Source of the DNA: Eledone cirrhosa | Lineage: Eukaryota | Assembly: GCA_964016885.1 (NCBI GenBank) | Contig: OZ024743.1 | Span: 38,440,001 to 38,504,000 of the forward strand | DNA length: 64,000 nt | Reading direction: 5' to 3' | Notes under the pieces: model-generated | Seen by the model: the letters and a program-made list of their open reading frames with translations, nothing else | Told to the model about the DNA's origin: nothing | The model's database searches: none | Shown here: positions 26,471-40,680 of the stretch, piece by piece | How positions within the stretch are numbered: position 1 is the stretch's first letter | How the letters are laid out: each line of letters begins with the position of its first letter | Translations under genes and position numbers: made by a program

Positions 26471-28454
26471 TACCTGGAGTTGCGACCGATAGATAGAATT
26501 AGCAAGTAGAAAGATCAACGGAAACATTGTTTCCACGGTCCGATTTGTCGAAAATCGATCGACAAATGTATATATCTGTGTGTGTATGTGTGTGTTTGTG
26601 TGTGTGTACATGAGAAAAGACACCAATACAATTTATTAGAATTAGTGTAATATTGACTGTCGGAACTGAATTGTGTAAGAGATTACGATAAACATTTCTT
26701 AAACAGGAATTGTATGGGTGTGTTTAGTATTGCAGAGGATATAAGCACTTACCCGAGGAAATGTGACATATGACACCTTTACACCGACTTTCATGTCTTA
26801 AACAATAAGAAAACTTCTTATCATCAGACTAACAAAATTCGAATTCGAAACCTTATTGCTAGTAAATAGTAAAGTCGTATATTTCATGAAAACGAATAAA
26901 TACGAGGTCTCATTGTTTTGTATAGGAGGATAAAATGCACAGGCTTCCAATCATTGTTGCAGAGAAAAGAAAAGAAAAAGAAATGCAAATAATTAATTCC
27001 ATAGAGCCTTTTCCATTATATTGTAAAGCAGAACTTACTGACAAAACTCTATAATTTGCTAACGAGGAAGGACTAATATGAATTTCTCTCTACGACTCTA
27101 GCGTGGATATTCCCAACTATAACACATACAGACACAATAACAATATATGTAATGTACATAGATAGTAGCATCCATACACATTAGGCTCGAATATAATATG
27201 CCGTGAGGAGAGCTTCAACTACATCAGTTTTTTGGAAATGGTACTTATCTTTATTAACTATAATGCATAAATTACCCATGCTATATATTCACAAACCCAA
27301 TTAAAATAACATATGCAACGCTATTTGCCTCATATGATGTTTTGAATCAGAAGAAGAGTGAAGAAGACTCTATGCGGTATTTGATCAATTGGAAATAACT
27401 ACAAAGTTCAATTAAACTACACCAAACTATCGTATAGTAAGTGATGTAACAATTATGCAATAAATAATTGTCCTTAAATATAATAATTACTTACAAATGC
27501 CTAGGAAATAATCAAAGGAGGTAAATACATCTACTAAATAATTTCATGAAGATTCTTCGCTACCATTAATGTGCGATCACATGCTATTGATGTAAATCAT
27601 ACAGGATATATTGGGTCGGCAAGTATGAAATTTGTACAAAGTCTTTTTCTCTTTTACAAATATCTGCAAATTTCATACTTGACGACCCAATATAATAGTT
27701 TCAGGTTTAGGCCCTCGGCCATTAATTGTAGTCAATTAAATCGCAACAAGTACTTGAATGGTACTTTATTTTATCCTTCCAAAATGACGAAACCAAATTC
27801 AACATCGGCGTTAAAACCTGGAAGTATTTACATACGAATTTTTTCCAGACACATAAATCATTCTGTCAATCGACCCCCACCCCTAAAAATGTACGAATAC
27901 TGTGTATATTGACACAACTCCTTGTCAGTTCACGATCGTAGGACATGGGTCGAAATATAAACGCACATTAATTTGATCATCATTCTCCTGTACAAAAAAC
28001 CTTTGTAACAATTGGTCATAGAATTTGTGTGATATATCTAAAGATAGTAAATTGAAATTTTAGTTGAACGTCTCATGTGTTTGCCAATGCAAAGAGACAA
28101 ACTTCACTGATGCGATGTATTATGAAAGATATTGTATAAGAGGTTGGTTGGGCAGTCTGGCAACATTTTAGAATTAGAGACTCAAGGATTAAGTAAATCT
28201 GTGCTATCTACTGAAGTATATGTAAAGAAAAAGCCGCCATCATTGATCGATTTGTAGTTTGACGCCAAACGGCATCTATACAGAAAAGATGCAGATTCAA
28301 TTGGAAACATGTGATGTGATCTATATGCAATTGTGACAGTATATATTGATGTCGGGAAGGTCACGACTGTAAATCGATTCGGTAAAATATGATGCTACCT
28401 CAGATCCACACACACATAGACACATAAACACACACACTCACACACAAACACACA

Positions 28455-28822
<368 letters not shown>

Positions 28823-28962
28823 ATTAGAAAGTGAGGTTTTTTTTACAAAATGAAAAATAACCGAGGTGTCCTACACGAGTGGAAGTATAAAGAAAAAGAG
28901 ATGAAATCGAAAATGCAACTGAAGTCTTATTTTAAAAAAAATATATATATATTTATTTGGTT

Positions 28963-29000
28963 CCTTTACCGGTTTCGCAGTTCTTCTGCTTTTCAAAAGG
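28963..29000 (-). ncRNA. Type I minimal hammerhead, U3-A8 variant
   Basis: Minus strand: cctt TTGAAAA gcag-aagaa-ctgc GAAA ccgg TA aagg. Confidence 0.8.
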
Positions 29001-29070
29001 TGAGTTGAGATGGAGCGTCTGTGGTTTTTCTCACATGTGAGAACAACCACAGACCCTCCATCTCAACTCA

Positions 29071-29108
29071 CCTTTTGAAAAGCAGAAGAACTGCGAAACC
29101 GGTAAAGG
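29071..29108 (+). ncRNA. Type I minimal hammerhead, U3-A8 variant
   Basis: cctt TTGAAAA gcag-aagaa-ctgc GAAA ccgg TA aagg; perfect stems I and II, palindromic stem III ACCGGT, GUA triplet. Confidence 0.8.
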
Positions 29109-29179
29109 AACCAAATAAATATATATATTTTTTAAAAAAATAAGACTTCAGTTGCATTTTCGATTTCATCTCTTTTTTT

Positions 29180-29259
<80 letters not shown>

Positions 29260-29262
29260 TAC

Positions 29263-29298
<36 letters not shown>

Positions 29299-30207
29299 TG
29301 AGACAGAATTGTATGTATGTACGTATAATGATTGAATATGTTGCCTAGCTTTGGGTTACGGACTTCTCAAAAGAACATTCGTTGTTCGTCAAGAGTAGGA
29401 TGAAAAAAATTTAAGTAAATATATTCATCATTTGAAGTACTTCAACTAAAACTTCTCATCCATTATAATGCTTATTTCAAACACATTCGAGTTTAGTCAG
29501 TATACGATAAATATTTAGTCACACACGACTATTTGCTAGCATTTCCTGGTATGGTAAAAAGTCCCTTCCTTTTTCAAACTGCCCAACGTCATATGAGAAT
29601 AAGATTTAAATGGAATCAAACAATGTTAACTGATGAATGCTTTTTATCTTGTTAGCTAGAACATGTTTCATGTTATCACAACATACTTATGAGCCATAAA
29701 TCATGTCCTGTTTATTATTAAATCATGGGATGTTTCCATGGTACGGTTATTGTTTGTAAATGTGTTAAACTTAATAAGAAAATTATATAAACATTTTACA
29801 CAAAAGTATTTGACACATATCTTATATGAGATTGGTACCGGGACCAATACACTTCAAATTGGGCCCGGGTGTTCAGCTGCCATTATGGTATTACTATCAC
29901 TCGTGAATATCTCAGAGTTCATTGTTTAATCGATATTTTAAAATCAACCGGATACAAAACAAATTCAATTTCGCCTCAGAATGCCTCATCTTTCATGTTG
30001 CTGAGGAGGAGCGTTCTTTCTGGTGATAAAAAATGGGAAAATGGTATTTGCCCTTCCGGTCAACTGAAACAACTGGAGTTCCATCCGTTGCAGTAGCAGA
30101 GGCATTGCAGAGGAATTTTGTTTCTTAATTAACTTTAGAAATATAATCATACACACACACACACACACATACACCCCCCCCCCCACACACACACATACAC
30201 ACACATT

Positions 30208-30244
<37 letters not shown>

Positions 30245-30670
30245 ATCAAAAGATGGTTAAAAGAGTTCCATGTATTTTATTATGCGCATTTCATAAACAA
30301 ATATCATCATGCAATAACATTTGTGTTTTCATCAGATAAAATAGGAAGACATGATATGAAGGTTTAAAAACACTTGTGGATAGTGCAGTTTTAAATCAAC
30401 ATATGAAAATTAGTTTTAGATTGATGTGTGATATGGGGGGGGGGATGAAAAAGAGGAGGAGATGAGAGTAAAAAGTGGAGGGGGAGGAGTATAATGAGGA
30501 AGGATGAGATAGGAGGAGAGATGGGTGATAGAGAGAGAGAGATAGCTTTTATAACTGAGAATAATATATTGTTTTACATAGAGAGGTTGAAAAACCGTTG
30601 GAAGATAATGTATAAATTAAAAGAATTTGAAAATTAACGAAGAGAAAAATAATGTAAAGTTAAGGTTTGT

Positions 30671-30845
30671 ATATTGAAGGGTTTAATAATATGTGCGATG
30701 AAAAGAAATTGTTAATATGTATTAAGAATAATATTTAAGGGTTTAATAATATGTGCGATGGAAAGAAAGTGTTAATATGTATTAAGAATAATATTTAAGG
30801 ATTTAATAGTATGTGCGATTGAAAGAAAATGTTGATATGTATTAT
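30671..30845. repeat. 60-bp tandem repeat, about 3 copies
   Basis: aagggtttaataatatgtgcgatg.aaagaaa.tgttaatatgtattaagaataatattt recurs at an exact 60-nt period. Confidence 0.9.
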
Positions 30846-31258
30846 TAAAAATAGCAAAGGTAATGTAAGTAAGGATATATTGTGAAAAAAGTAGAAGATA
30901 GGATGAAAGAGATGAGCATGAAAGTGAGAAAAAATAATGAATTGAGGATGAATAATCTAACGTCAAAAAAATATTTATGTTTACGAAGGATTTTTTCAAG
31001 GTGATATGAAGTAAGAATATATTGTATTGGGTGATAATTGTTTCTATGTTAGGCACAGTGAGAAAAAGGTACAGATTAGGGGTTAGAAATTAAAAGAAAA
31101 AGAAAAGAAAAGGAAAAGGAAGAAAGGGAAGTGATAAATAGGAGTGATATAGAACGAGTAACAAGTATTATATAATGTATAATAAATAACTCTGAAATAA
31201 GGTACTACAATAAAACTCACCTCCTAACTATATATATATGTGTGTGTGTGTATGTGTG

Positions 31259-31343
<85 letters not shown>

Positions 31344-32353
31344 ATGTGTGTGCGTGTAAGTGTTAGTGTATGCGTGTATTTGTGTGTATGTGTGGATGTG
31401 TGTGTATGTGCGTGCGCGTGTGGGTGTGTGGGTGTGTCTATGTGTGTGTATGTGTTTATACAAGTTAAATGTACGAAAATATATTGCAGCTTTTCTATTG
31501 CGATGCAGAAATATGAAATATAATAGATGCTTTCATACATTAAACTCGTATATAACAGTTCCAAACGCCTTATTTTATCGAGCTCCTGTGACTAAAGTTT
31601 TGGCACCTCTTTCTAGCGGAAATGACGTGCAGTTTTGTTTGTCTTTGTTGCCTCGTGTTGAACGTTGCAATACCTTGCTAAGTTCAGCATATTAATGGTT
31701 CATATATATTATATTCGTATGAATTATATACTATATTAAAACTGTATTTTTCACTTCGAATTATATAATTGACGATTATTCTGATGATTGATTCGCGTCT
31801 CCCATAACTTAATGAAAATCGAGAGTTGGTGATCAATAATAGATTACTTAGATCAATTTCTAGTTTTGGTATTTCGAATCATGAAATAGCGCTATTAGGA
31901 ATTTGGGCTTTCTATTTGAAGTATATAGTTTTCCTTGAAATAAGTGCATACATACAAGTGTGTACTCTAAGAAGATGTATAAGAGTGGGTAATAGGAAAA
32001 TGTTTAAACCCGACGGCAGAGCTCAAGCGGTTTCGACGGCTATTTCTGGACTAAATTAACATTTTTAGCGTGGTAAATATATATATATATATATATATAT
32101 ACCTAATTTTTGCTGGATCGCCAATCGGTCTGTTTAATCAGCACTTAAATATTACCGGAATTCTATAAGAATCCAGCTCCTATAACTTTCGGCAAAGGCA
32201 GGGGAGTGTGTGGGTTTGATAAACGCCAACAACCGAGAAACTGCCTGTCAAACCCTCTCCTTTTTTTGCCGAAAATAAGTAAGTCATATAGTCATTACTT
32301 TAAAACCCATAACGAATTGTCTTCTAAATGTGTTTAAACATGCTATACATTCA

Positions 32354-32410
<57 letters not shown>

Positions 32411-32534
32411 CTAAACCCGTTGATAACACGACTTCCTTGTTCATCATCTTACCTGAAGCCAGACATTCTGATTTTGGAGTCGCAGAAACCAAATACTGGA
32501 TTTTACCATCAGTCCAGGGTCCGGGAAAGTATCA

Positions 32535-32732
32535 ACACATATATTTTTATTGTTTGACCCGAATTACTTGGTCGTTTGTTTTGGCTGTGCGGATGATATG
32601 TTTAACCATCATCTCAGTGTATTTGGCCCTTAACGTATGTTGTAGCTCTGATTCGCAGAATCATCGAGCGCTTGCCACACATATCGGATGTTGATATTCG
32701 TTAATTCCTGTGCTGAAATACGATTCTCGCTA

Positions 32733-32738
<6 letters not shown>
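32535..32738 (-). repeat. Dispersed (TA)n-adjacent repeat; related copies at 53340-53545 and ~58800-59010
   Basis: Shared aaattagcgagaatcg...agagcta.aacatacgttaa.ggccaaa.acactga...aaacgaccaagtaattcgg. Confidence 0.8.
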
Positions 32739-32778
<40 letters not shown>

Positions 32779-32919
32779 TTTATACGAATGAAAGATTTCT
32801 TGTCATTTAGAAAACATGCCTATATATAATAACGATACATATACTTTCACAATATGTTGAGAAACTGTTTTTAACTGTGGCTAAAACCCCTACACATCTT
32901 ATTTAACCCTTGAAATAAC

Positions 32920-33640
32920 AGGAGGAGGAGCTTAACGTTTTTGATGCTAGTCGTTGATCTAAAGAAAGAATGAGAAATAAGAAAGATTAAAGGGGAGGGC
33001 AGGGCTTTATCGGGAAGAAAAATCCATTCGTGTTGCCAATCTCTGTTGAGGCAAGCGTTTTGTGTGGAAAAATGGTCGATGGTGCACGTCTAACTTAAAT
33101 GAAATAAATCGTTTTGTATATAGTGCTATACATATGCGCGTGTGTATGCACGCGCTTGGGTGTGTGAATGTTATAATACGTCCGTACGAAGCTAAGAGGA
33201 AATGTGTGTGTATATAAATAAGTAAATGAGTGTGTCCGTGTGCTTATATGAAGCTGTGAGCAAATTATGTTAAAATAAGGGAGTGTTATGTGAAGCAAAA
33301 AGTATAGGTGTGTGCGTATTGGTCTGTATCAAGTATAAATTATATGTTTCTAACCATAAGAGAGTCATAGGAATATAGGTAAATTTACAAGTGCGTGTGT
33401 GGCGTCCCGTTTGTCTTATGTAAAATGACCCGCAAATGGAACACCGGCGGGCATAGAAATCGTGGGTGGATGTACAGGTGAATGGGTGGCGGATATGGAA
33501 TGAACCGTTGGTACCTGTGAGAGAGGAAAGGTTGGAAATGAAAACACAGTTGTTACAGCGGGGACGAGAACAAGGATGACAGTCGAGTGGAGAGGTAGAA
33601 GAGGAAGAGAAGGAACTGCGTACCAGGAGTCGTGGAGATT
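32920..33640 (-). mobile_element. PLE GIY-YIG fragment plus pLTR remnant, abutting the RTE 3' end
   Basis: ORF segment CHPCSRPRCNNCVFI...FHIRHPFTCTSTHDFYARRCSICGSFYIRQTGR matches the PLE Cys-linker plus GIY-YIG pattern. Confidence 0.8.
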
Positions 33641-36600
33641 CTTGGTTGTCCATCATAAACGATAATGTCATCTTCTTTATTTTAGTTCCCGTCTGCCATG
33701 GGCACCAAGTTGGCTGTGGAGGCCGATCCTTGACTTGCAGGTCCGTGAACAGTAGGAGCAAGTGAAGAGACCGGATTCGCTTGGGGCAGCTGTTGGTGGC
33801 TTTCTCCTACTTTCACGGGCCTCAGTGACCTCTGTCCGTCTCTTATCTTGAAAAGAGTCTTTGGCACCTCTGGTAAGGGCTCGCCACTCAGTCCTGTCCT
33901 GAGCATGAGACTCGAGTTGCTTTGGCGCGATTCCAGTGTTGTTGATACTGAACTTCACGCAGTTTTTGAACCTCTTGAGAGGCCTGCCCCGCTTTCGTTT
34001 CCCAGAACAGAGTTCTCCATACATCAGTTGCTTCGGAAGCCTGTGATCGTCCATCCAGATGACAAGTCCCACCCATCAAAGTTGGCTCTTCAGTATCATA
34101 GCTTCGACACTGGTTGTCTCAGCCATGTCAAGAACTTCGATGTTGAAGACCTTGTCCTGCCATTTGATGTTCATGATTGACCGCAGGCTGCGCATGTGGA
34201 ACCGTTCTAACTGCTTCAGGTGCCTTCTGTACAGGATCCCTGTCTCACATCCGTAGAGGAGGCTGGTGAGAACAACGGCCCTGTACACATTGAGCTTGGT
34301 GGACTGCCTGATGTGCTGGTTCAGGACGCATGTCCTCAGGCGGCCGAGGGCTTGACTGAACTTGCAGATTCTGGCGTCTATCTCCTTGTCAAGACTTCCA
34401 TCGCTGCTGATGACACTGCCGAGGTACTTGAAGTCGTCCACCATCTTTAGCTGGGTGCTTCCGATGGAGATGGAAGGAGGGTGGGAGATGGAGGCAGGTG
34501 CAGGCTGGAACAGGACCTCAGTTTTGCCAAGGATAATTGAGACCGAAGTGGCAGGAGGCCTCCGCGAACTTGTTGACGATGAGTTGGAGGTCAGACTCCA
34601 TGTGGGACATGAGGGCACAGACGTCAGCAAAAACTGCCTCCAGGACGATTTCTTGGCTGTCAGGCGCCGCAGGTCAAACAGCGAGCCGTCCAGTTTGTAT
34701 CGCAGAAACACTCCATGCTCGAGGTCCCTGACGGCATGATTGAGCACGCTGGTGAAGAAGGGGTTGAAGAGGACGGGAGCAGCACGCCTCCTTGCTTGAC
34801 GCCGTTGGTGATTCGGAACGGCTCGGTTGCCTCTCCGCCAGAGCGCACCTGCCCGGTCACGTCCTCATGGAGCCGTATCAGGTTCACAAACTTTGTCGGG
34901 CATCCAAACTTCGACAGGATCGACCAGATGGCTTCCTTGTTGGAAGTGTCGAATGCCTTCGTGAATTCTATGAAGACGGCAAAGAGGTCCATGTTCTGCT
35001 CGACACACCACTCCTGCACCTGGCGTACAAGACGATCATGTCTATCGTGCTGCGGTGTGGGCGGAACCCACACTGGGTCTCAGGAATGTTGTTATCCGAG
35101 ATGTTGGCAATGAGGGTGTTGAGCATGACCAGAGCCAGGACCTTCCCGGCGATGGATAGGAAAGAAATGCCCCGATAGTTGGGCACGGCTGAAGTCTTTG
35201 CGCACCTCTTCTTCCTCCCATATGCTGACGAGGAGGGTGTGGGAGGCCCCCAGGGTAGCTGGACCGGCCGATTTGAAGATCTCGGCAGGAATCCCGTCTT
35301 TCCAAGGGGCCTTTCCTGAGCTGGGCTGGTTGATTGCCTTCGTGACTTCATCCAACGTAGGTCGAGGCTGCCGACTACGGGCTTCTGTGGGACCTGGTCG
35401 AGGGCGGCAGGATCGACAGTGGAGGGCCTGTTGAGCAGGTTGTTGAAGTGCTCTTCCCAGCTCGAGTTGATGCTGCTCTTCTCCTTCAGCAGGATCGAGC
35501 CGTCAGCAGGAAGCAGCGGTGTGGTGACAGGCTTGGGGCGTCCGTAGACGCACCCGATGGCGCTGAAGAACGTCTTGGAGTTCTTTGTATCATCGTATCT
35601 CTCGATTTCTTCGGCCTTCTTTTCCCACCACTTGTCCTGCATTCTGCGTAGCGCTGCTTGGGTCTGCCTCTGGAGGTGCGTGAAGCGGTTGCGCTACGAG
35701 GTGGAGAAGCAATCATTCTGCCACTCAATGAAAGCCCTCCTCTTCTCGTCCAGGAGTTGACTGATGGGCTTATCTTTTTCATCAAACCAGTCCTGTTGGA
35801 CACTCTTCCTCGGCCCGATGGTTGCCTTGGCTGACTATGTCACCAGCGAACTGAACTGGTCCGACTGTTGAGTTGGGGGTCCGGTCAGTAGTCCAAGGGC
35901 AGTCAGCGGGCCGTCCAGATGCTCCGCGAACGCATCACGATGCTCTGGCTGCTTGATCGTGCGTCGTCGAAAGCTGGCTTACAGTATTTCGGAGTCTTGC
36001 GATGCGTCGGGGTGATGTGCAGTGACAGGATGGTCCTGACAAGGTGATGGTCAGTCCAAAACTCTGCACTACGCATGGACCTGGTGATTCCGACCTCACG
36101 AATGTCGCTCTTGCGGCATATGCCGAAGTCAATCAGATGCCACTCTTTGCATCTGGGGTGCATCCATGTTGTTTTCAACTTGTCTGCCTGCGGAACAGTG
36201 TGCTGGTGATGGTGAGGTCGTTCTCGGCGCAGAAACTCAACAGTATGAAGCCGTTAGAGTTCACCTTCCCTGTGCCGTGAGTTCCCAGCACGCCTCTCCA
36301 GTTGCTGCTGTCAGACCCGATACTTGCGTTGAAGTCCCCCAGAAGGATGGGTTTATCGCTTTGGGGGTGGGGTGGGGGGGTACGACCTTAACGAGTGTGT
36401 TGTGTTCCCCGTAGAAAGCGTCCTTTGATGCATCGCTGCTGGTGAGAGTGGGGGCCTACGCGCTGATGACTGTGACATACCGACATGGGTCGAGGGGGAG
36501 GCGGAGCTTCATCAGCCGCTCACTCACCACAGGTGTTGGGATGTCTGGTAGCTGCTTGCAGATTGAAGTCCTGATGGCCAGCCCTACCCAGTGGATTCTG

Positions 36601-37600
36601 TCCCTCGTCCTTTGCATTGCCCTTCCAGAAGGTGTAGCCTCCTTTCAGTTCTGGACCTGGTCCTTCCTCGGCAAGTCAAGTTTCGCTGAGGGCGATCCGG
36701 TAGCGAGCTAATTCCCTTATGAGGGCAATTTTTCTCTCTGGCGTCAATGTTTCCCTATCCATGTGGGTGCGCACATTCCATGCGCCAAGAATCAAGTTCT
36801 TATTTCTGTGATGTTGGTTTCGACCGCTTGCAAGGGAAAAATCGCCAGCCACGGTAGACTGGCCGGCTTTGCGTGGGACGAGCAATTGGTTAGGGCTTAT
36901 TTTATCACCCCTCCTCTCGTGCGAGGGTTAGCAGTGCTCCCCTGAAAAGGGCTGCTCTGTCGCTCGGTGGAATGCCTGTTCTTCTCTGTCATCCCAGGGT
37001 CAGAAGGAGAACGACTTGCTCATCCGGGCTGCCCACGTGTGGGTTTGAGACTGGCAAATCCCAGAGGTTACCTCCGCCTCTCGCCCATTGCTGCAGGGCT
37101 TTGGGAGTGCACACTAAAGAAGAAACTTGTGCAGGAAAGGTTTATAGTGGGCGGGCCAGTGCAGACTGACGGGCCCACTCACTCGGCGGTTGAAGCCAGA
37201 ATCCGGTGGTACGGAGAACCGTCACGACCAGGGACTTCCTTGGCTGCAGTGGATGGCCACAACCTCTGTAGTGCCTTGCCGTGCCCTAGTGCTCCACACC
37301 GCTTGCTGACGCCGCCTTCGTGTTTGTTGGGACGATCTTGTCCTCCTCCACCCACTCCGCCGTGTTCCGTCTTCGCATGCAGGGGAAGGCATCCCCTATC
37401 TAACTCACCGGGGGGTTTCAGACCCATCCGGCTAACCTCAACCTGGTTTGGCCCGCCAGCCAAGGCGGTTTACCAGGGTGTGGCCGCTGTCGCATGCTAC
37501 AGCTTCTTGGGGCCACAGGTGAGAGCTGAGTGTCAGGTGGGAACCATTGCAGGACGAGCTGTCCTGAAAAGGGCATGGCTAGCCTCCCCCCTTACATAGG
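33640..37600 (-). mobile_element. Near full-length RTE-clade LINE (APE + RT + C-terminal C2H2-like), frameshifted
   Basis: APE motifs: LILGAWNVRT, ELARYRIALSET, TTWMHPRCKEWHLID, WTDHHLV. RT motifs: NYRGISFLSIAGKVLA, PETQCGFRPHRSTIDM, FTKAFD, NGVKQG, FKYLGS, LLYGCET. C-terminus: RLPKQLMYGEL...GRPLKRFK, CSYCSRTCKSRIGLHSQ. About 0.7 kb of 5' UTR. Confidence 0.96.
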
Positions 37601-39258
37601 TACATGCCCCTCCCTGACACCCCAGGAATATACACACGTATATACTTACACATACAAATGTACATGTGCATATACATATTTACACATTTTTGGAAGGCCG
37701 TTGACTCTTTTCAGTTCTTTCGCCCTTTGTCAGTTTATTTTTTATCCTGCAGGGTGTCCAAAATAAACCTCCTCACCAAGTAAACTTGGTGAGGTTGCCA
37801 GTTTAGTCGACGACCCGACCATGCCACAGGTTGTACTGGTTTAAATGTTACCAGTAGCACTCAAGAGAGACCTGACATACGCGGAGATTACGGGCGCGCT
37901 TAAATGCGATGATAAGTGGGTTAGAACAAAATGGAGAAGTAATGAGGTTTTGAAGAGAGGGTGTGGACGGAACGGAAAACATGTCGCCGAAGGGCAACGT
38001 CATTCTAAGTATTTTCAAAGTAAAATCTGTCTCCACCTCCACAAACCCATATACATATCAATGTCTTCTTCACCCTCCTAAGATTTTCCAGCAGGCGAAT
38101 ACGCATGCTTTTGCCTCGGGGCACATTCTTCTCCCCTCGAATTGATGCTTCACATATGCTAATATATGTGAGAATTTTGAAAGTTTAAACCAAGGCTATT
38201 TCCGTATTCATGTTTATATCTGGTCCATTAAAGTGATTACAAATGATCATTTTTCTCGCGCAGAATCTCAGACCACAGAGATATATCTCTATGCATGTTC
38301 GTGTTGCGAAAGAGTTTGATCGCTTATGCTGTCAAAATCGCCACGGACTCGCAACTACAAATCACTTTCACGATGCTGTATGGCAAAAAGAAGTTTTATC
38401 ATTAAGTAAGGAGTAATCTATCAGATGCAAATTATATAAAATAGCTACTGCAATGGCGTGAACACCTTATGATGGGTGAAATAGAACAATTTCCAAAAAT
38501 AGTAAAAATAAATAAAACAAGGGACATGACAGGGATAAATAGAAAGATGATAACATGTTTTATAAATGACCGGTGGATAGAAAAATGGCATAAAGGAACA
38601 AATACAAAATAACAAGTATTGCATTGATGGTTGTAGGTAGACATTAGAAGAGGATGGTGGTCTATTGCTGCAACAGTAGAATGGAGCTTTGATAACACCA
38701 CCGTAGTCACATTATTTAAAGTACACGGACAATGATGCTATATAACAATATCCAGTAAGAAAATCATTTGCTTTAAAGATATAAAGGAAGAATAGTATTA
38801 GGTGAGTAAGAACTAAGAGAGTGTATGAGAGTGTAAAATGTTTCTAATATACAAATTTACTGGGGGGGAAGTAAGAAAAATATAATTTTCATGAATATTA
38901 CAGGGAAGAGAAGGAATACAGAGTAAGTTGAACATACGTAGATCATAGCTAAGGAAAATACAGAGATAATAGTGGGGTAAGATTAGTAGGTGATCAGAAA
39001 TGCAAAGGATGAGAAGAAACTAAATGGACGTGACATCTTATATATATGGAGAGAAAATAAACAAGTAAAGCAATGTACGAATGAAGGTACAGAATACATA
39101 AAATGCCGTGGAGTAAAAGTAGAGAAAACTGCAGTCGGGTCTTTGAAAAAAAAAGAGGTATATTTTTGTCTATTATTTCCTCATATCTTGTAATTTGATA
39201 AATAGATCTGGTTATTGAGTTATTTTAATTATTTTGATTATTTTAGCGATTCTTTGCA

Positions 39259-39354
<96 letters not shown>

Positions 39355-39355
<1 letters not shown>

Positions 39356-39833
39356 TAAGTATGTACACGTACATACGTATATGTATACACACGTATGTAT
39401 ATATATATATATATACATACATTTTTGCCATTTATCGTTTTCGGTACGCCCGGCCGACTAAATCACTCGATATGCAAATTAGGCTGCTCAGCCGTTAATA
39501 TGCATAAGGAAAGTATATACTTTCAAACGTTCAATCATCTGACAGTAAGGTATATGGTGCTGATGACAGCTAATAAGCTAGAAACTAGTTCTTCGTTCCT
39601 TTGTCAGTCTTGAACAAAATGGCAACGATGGTTGCCGACAATGTACGGCTAATATTTCGAGCATTTACAAACAAACCGAGCATTATAATAAATGTTCGGT
39701 AAAACCCTACTTACATATATATATATATATGTGTGCATGTATGAATGCATATACATACTACTGTACGTATACATACTTATATTTAAGTATCAGCCGAACT
39801 AAGAGTGAGAAATGAAATTTCATTTTTACCATT

Positions 39834-39836
<3 letters not shown>
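39355..39836 (+). mobile_element. Family H1 element, copy 3, HHR at 39554-39596
   Basis: Homologous to 4430-4860; atggtg CTGATGA c agct-aata-agct a GAAA ctag TT cttcgt; (TA)n on both sides. Confidence 0.85.
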
Positions 39837-39875
<39 letters not shown>

Positions 39876-39893
39876 GACTAGAAATAGATTTGC

Positions 39894-39981
<88 letters not shown>

Positions 39982-40162
39982 AACATATGGAACAATCACA
40001 TGCAATCATTTTTAAAGAATGTAAGCACACATAGTTAGGTAGGTAACCAATTAAGGTTTAACTATACCTTCAAATATAGATACCTTATAGTGGAATCTGT
40101 GAGCCTATTCTACAGCGGATATGGCGCATGTCTCTCAGACATGACAACCCTTAATTTACTTT

Positions 40163-40220
<58 letters not shown>

Positions 40221-40379
40221 GATATATAAATGTGTCTCGGTGTATCTGTGTGTGGGGTGTATATATATGTATGTACATATATGTATATATATGTATGTAC
40301 ATATATGTATATATATGTATGTACATACATAGGTGTAAAATACACATACAAAGTGGTGATCTTACCTTGTTGACGTTTG

Positions 40380-40680
40380 TATTCTTCTGGCATGATCGCT
40401 CTTATTTAGTTTCTTTAATCAAGATATTTTCAGGGGAATTTTTGTTGTTTGAATTATTTTGATTTCTATCCCGATTTCTATCTTGTTATAACCTATTTAC
40501 ACGACCAAAACCCACTGTGTATCTTCCTTTACTGTTCTGTGACGTCTGTAATGTTTTTCTTCGTGTTATCCCTTGTGGCCAATAAAGAAACCATTATTGT
40601 TATTATTATTATTATTACTATTATTATTATCATTATCGTTATTATTTGTGATATTATGCTCATCATTATCATTGTTATTT
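40380..40680 (+). mobile_element. 3' UTR remnant of an L1/Tx1-like LINE with (ATT)n tail
   Basis: Terminus cccttgtggccaataaagaaa matches the 3' end of the 60799-61716 element (cccttgtggctaataaagaaa). Confidence 0.6.

Noticed and set aside
30671-30845. Regularly spaced repeats considered as a CRISPR-like array
   Set aside because: Contiguous tandem units without unique spacers, in a eukaryotic context with no cas genes.
33848-37599. Plus-strand ORFs up to 210 aa
   Set aside because: Antisense shadows of the GC-rich RTE element.
37690-38140. Moderately GC-rich segment with hairpin cctcaccaagt-aa-acttggtgagg
   Set aside because: Probably a repeat fragment, but no family or function can be supported.
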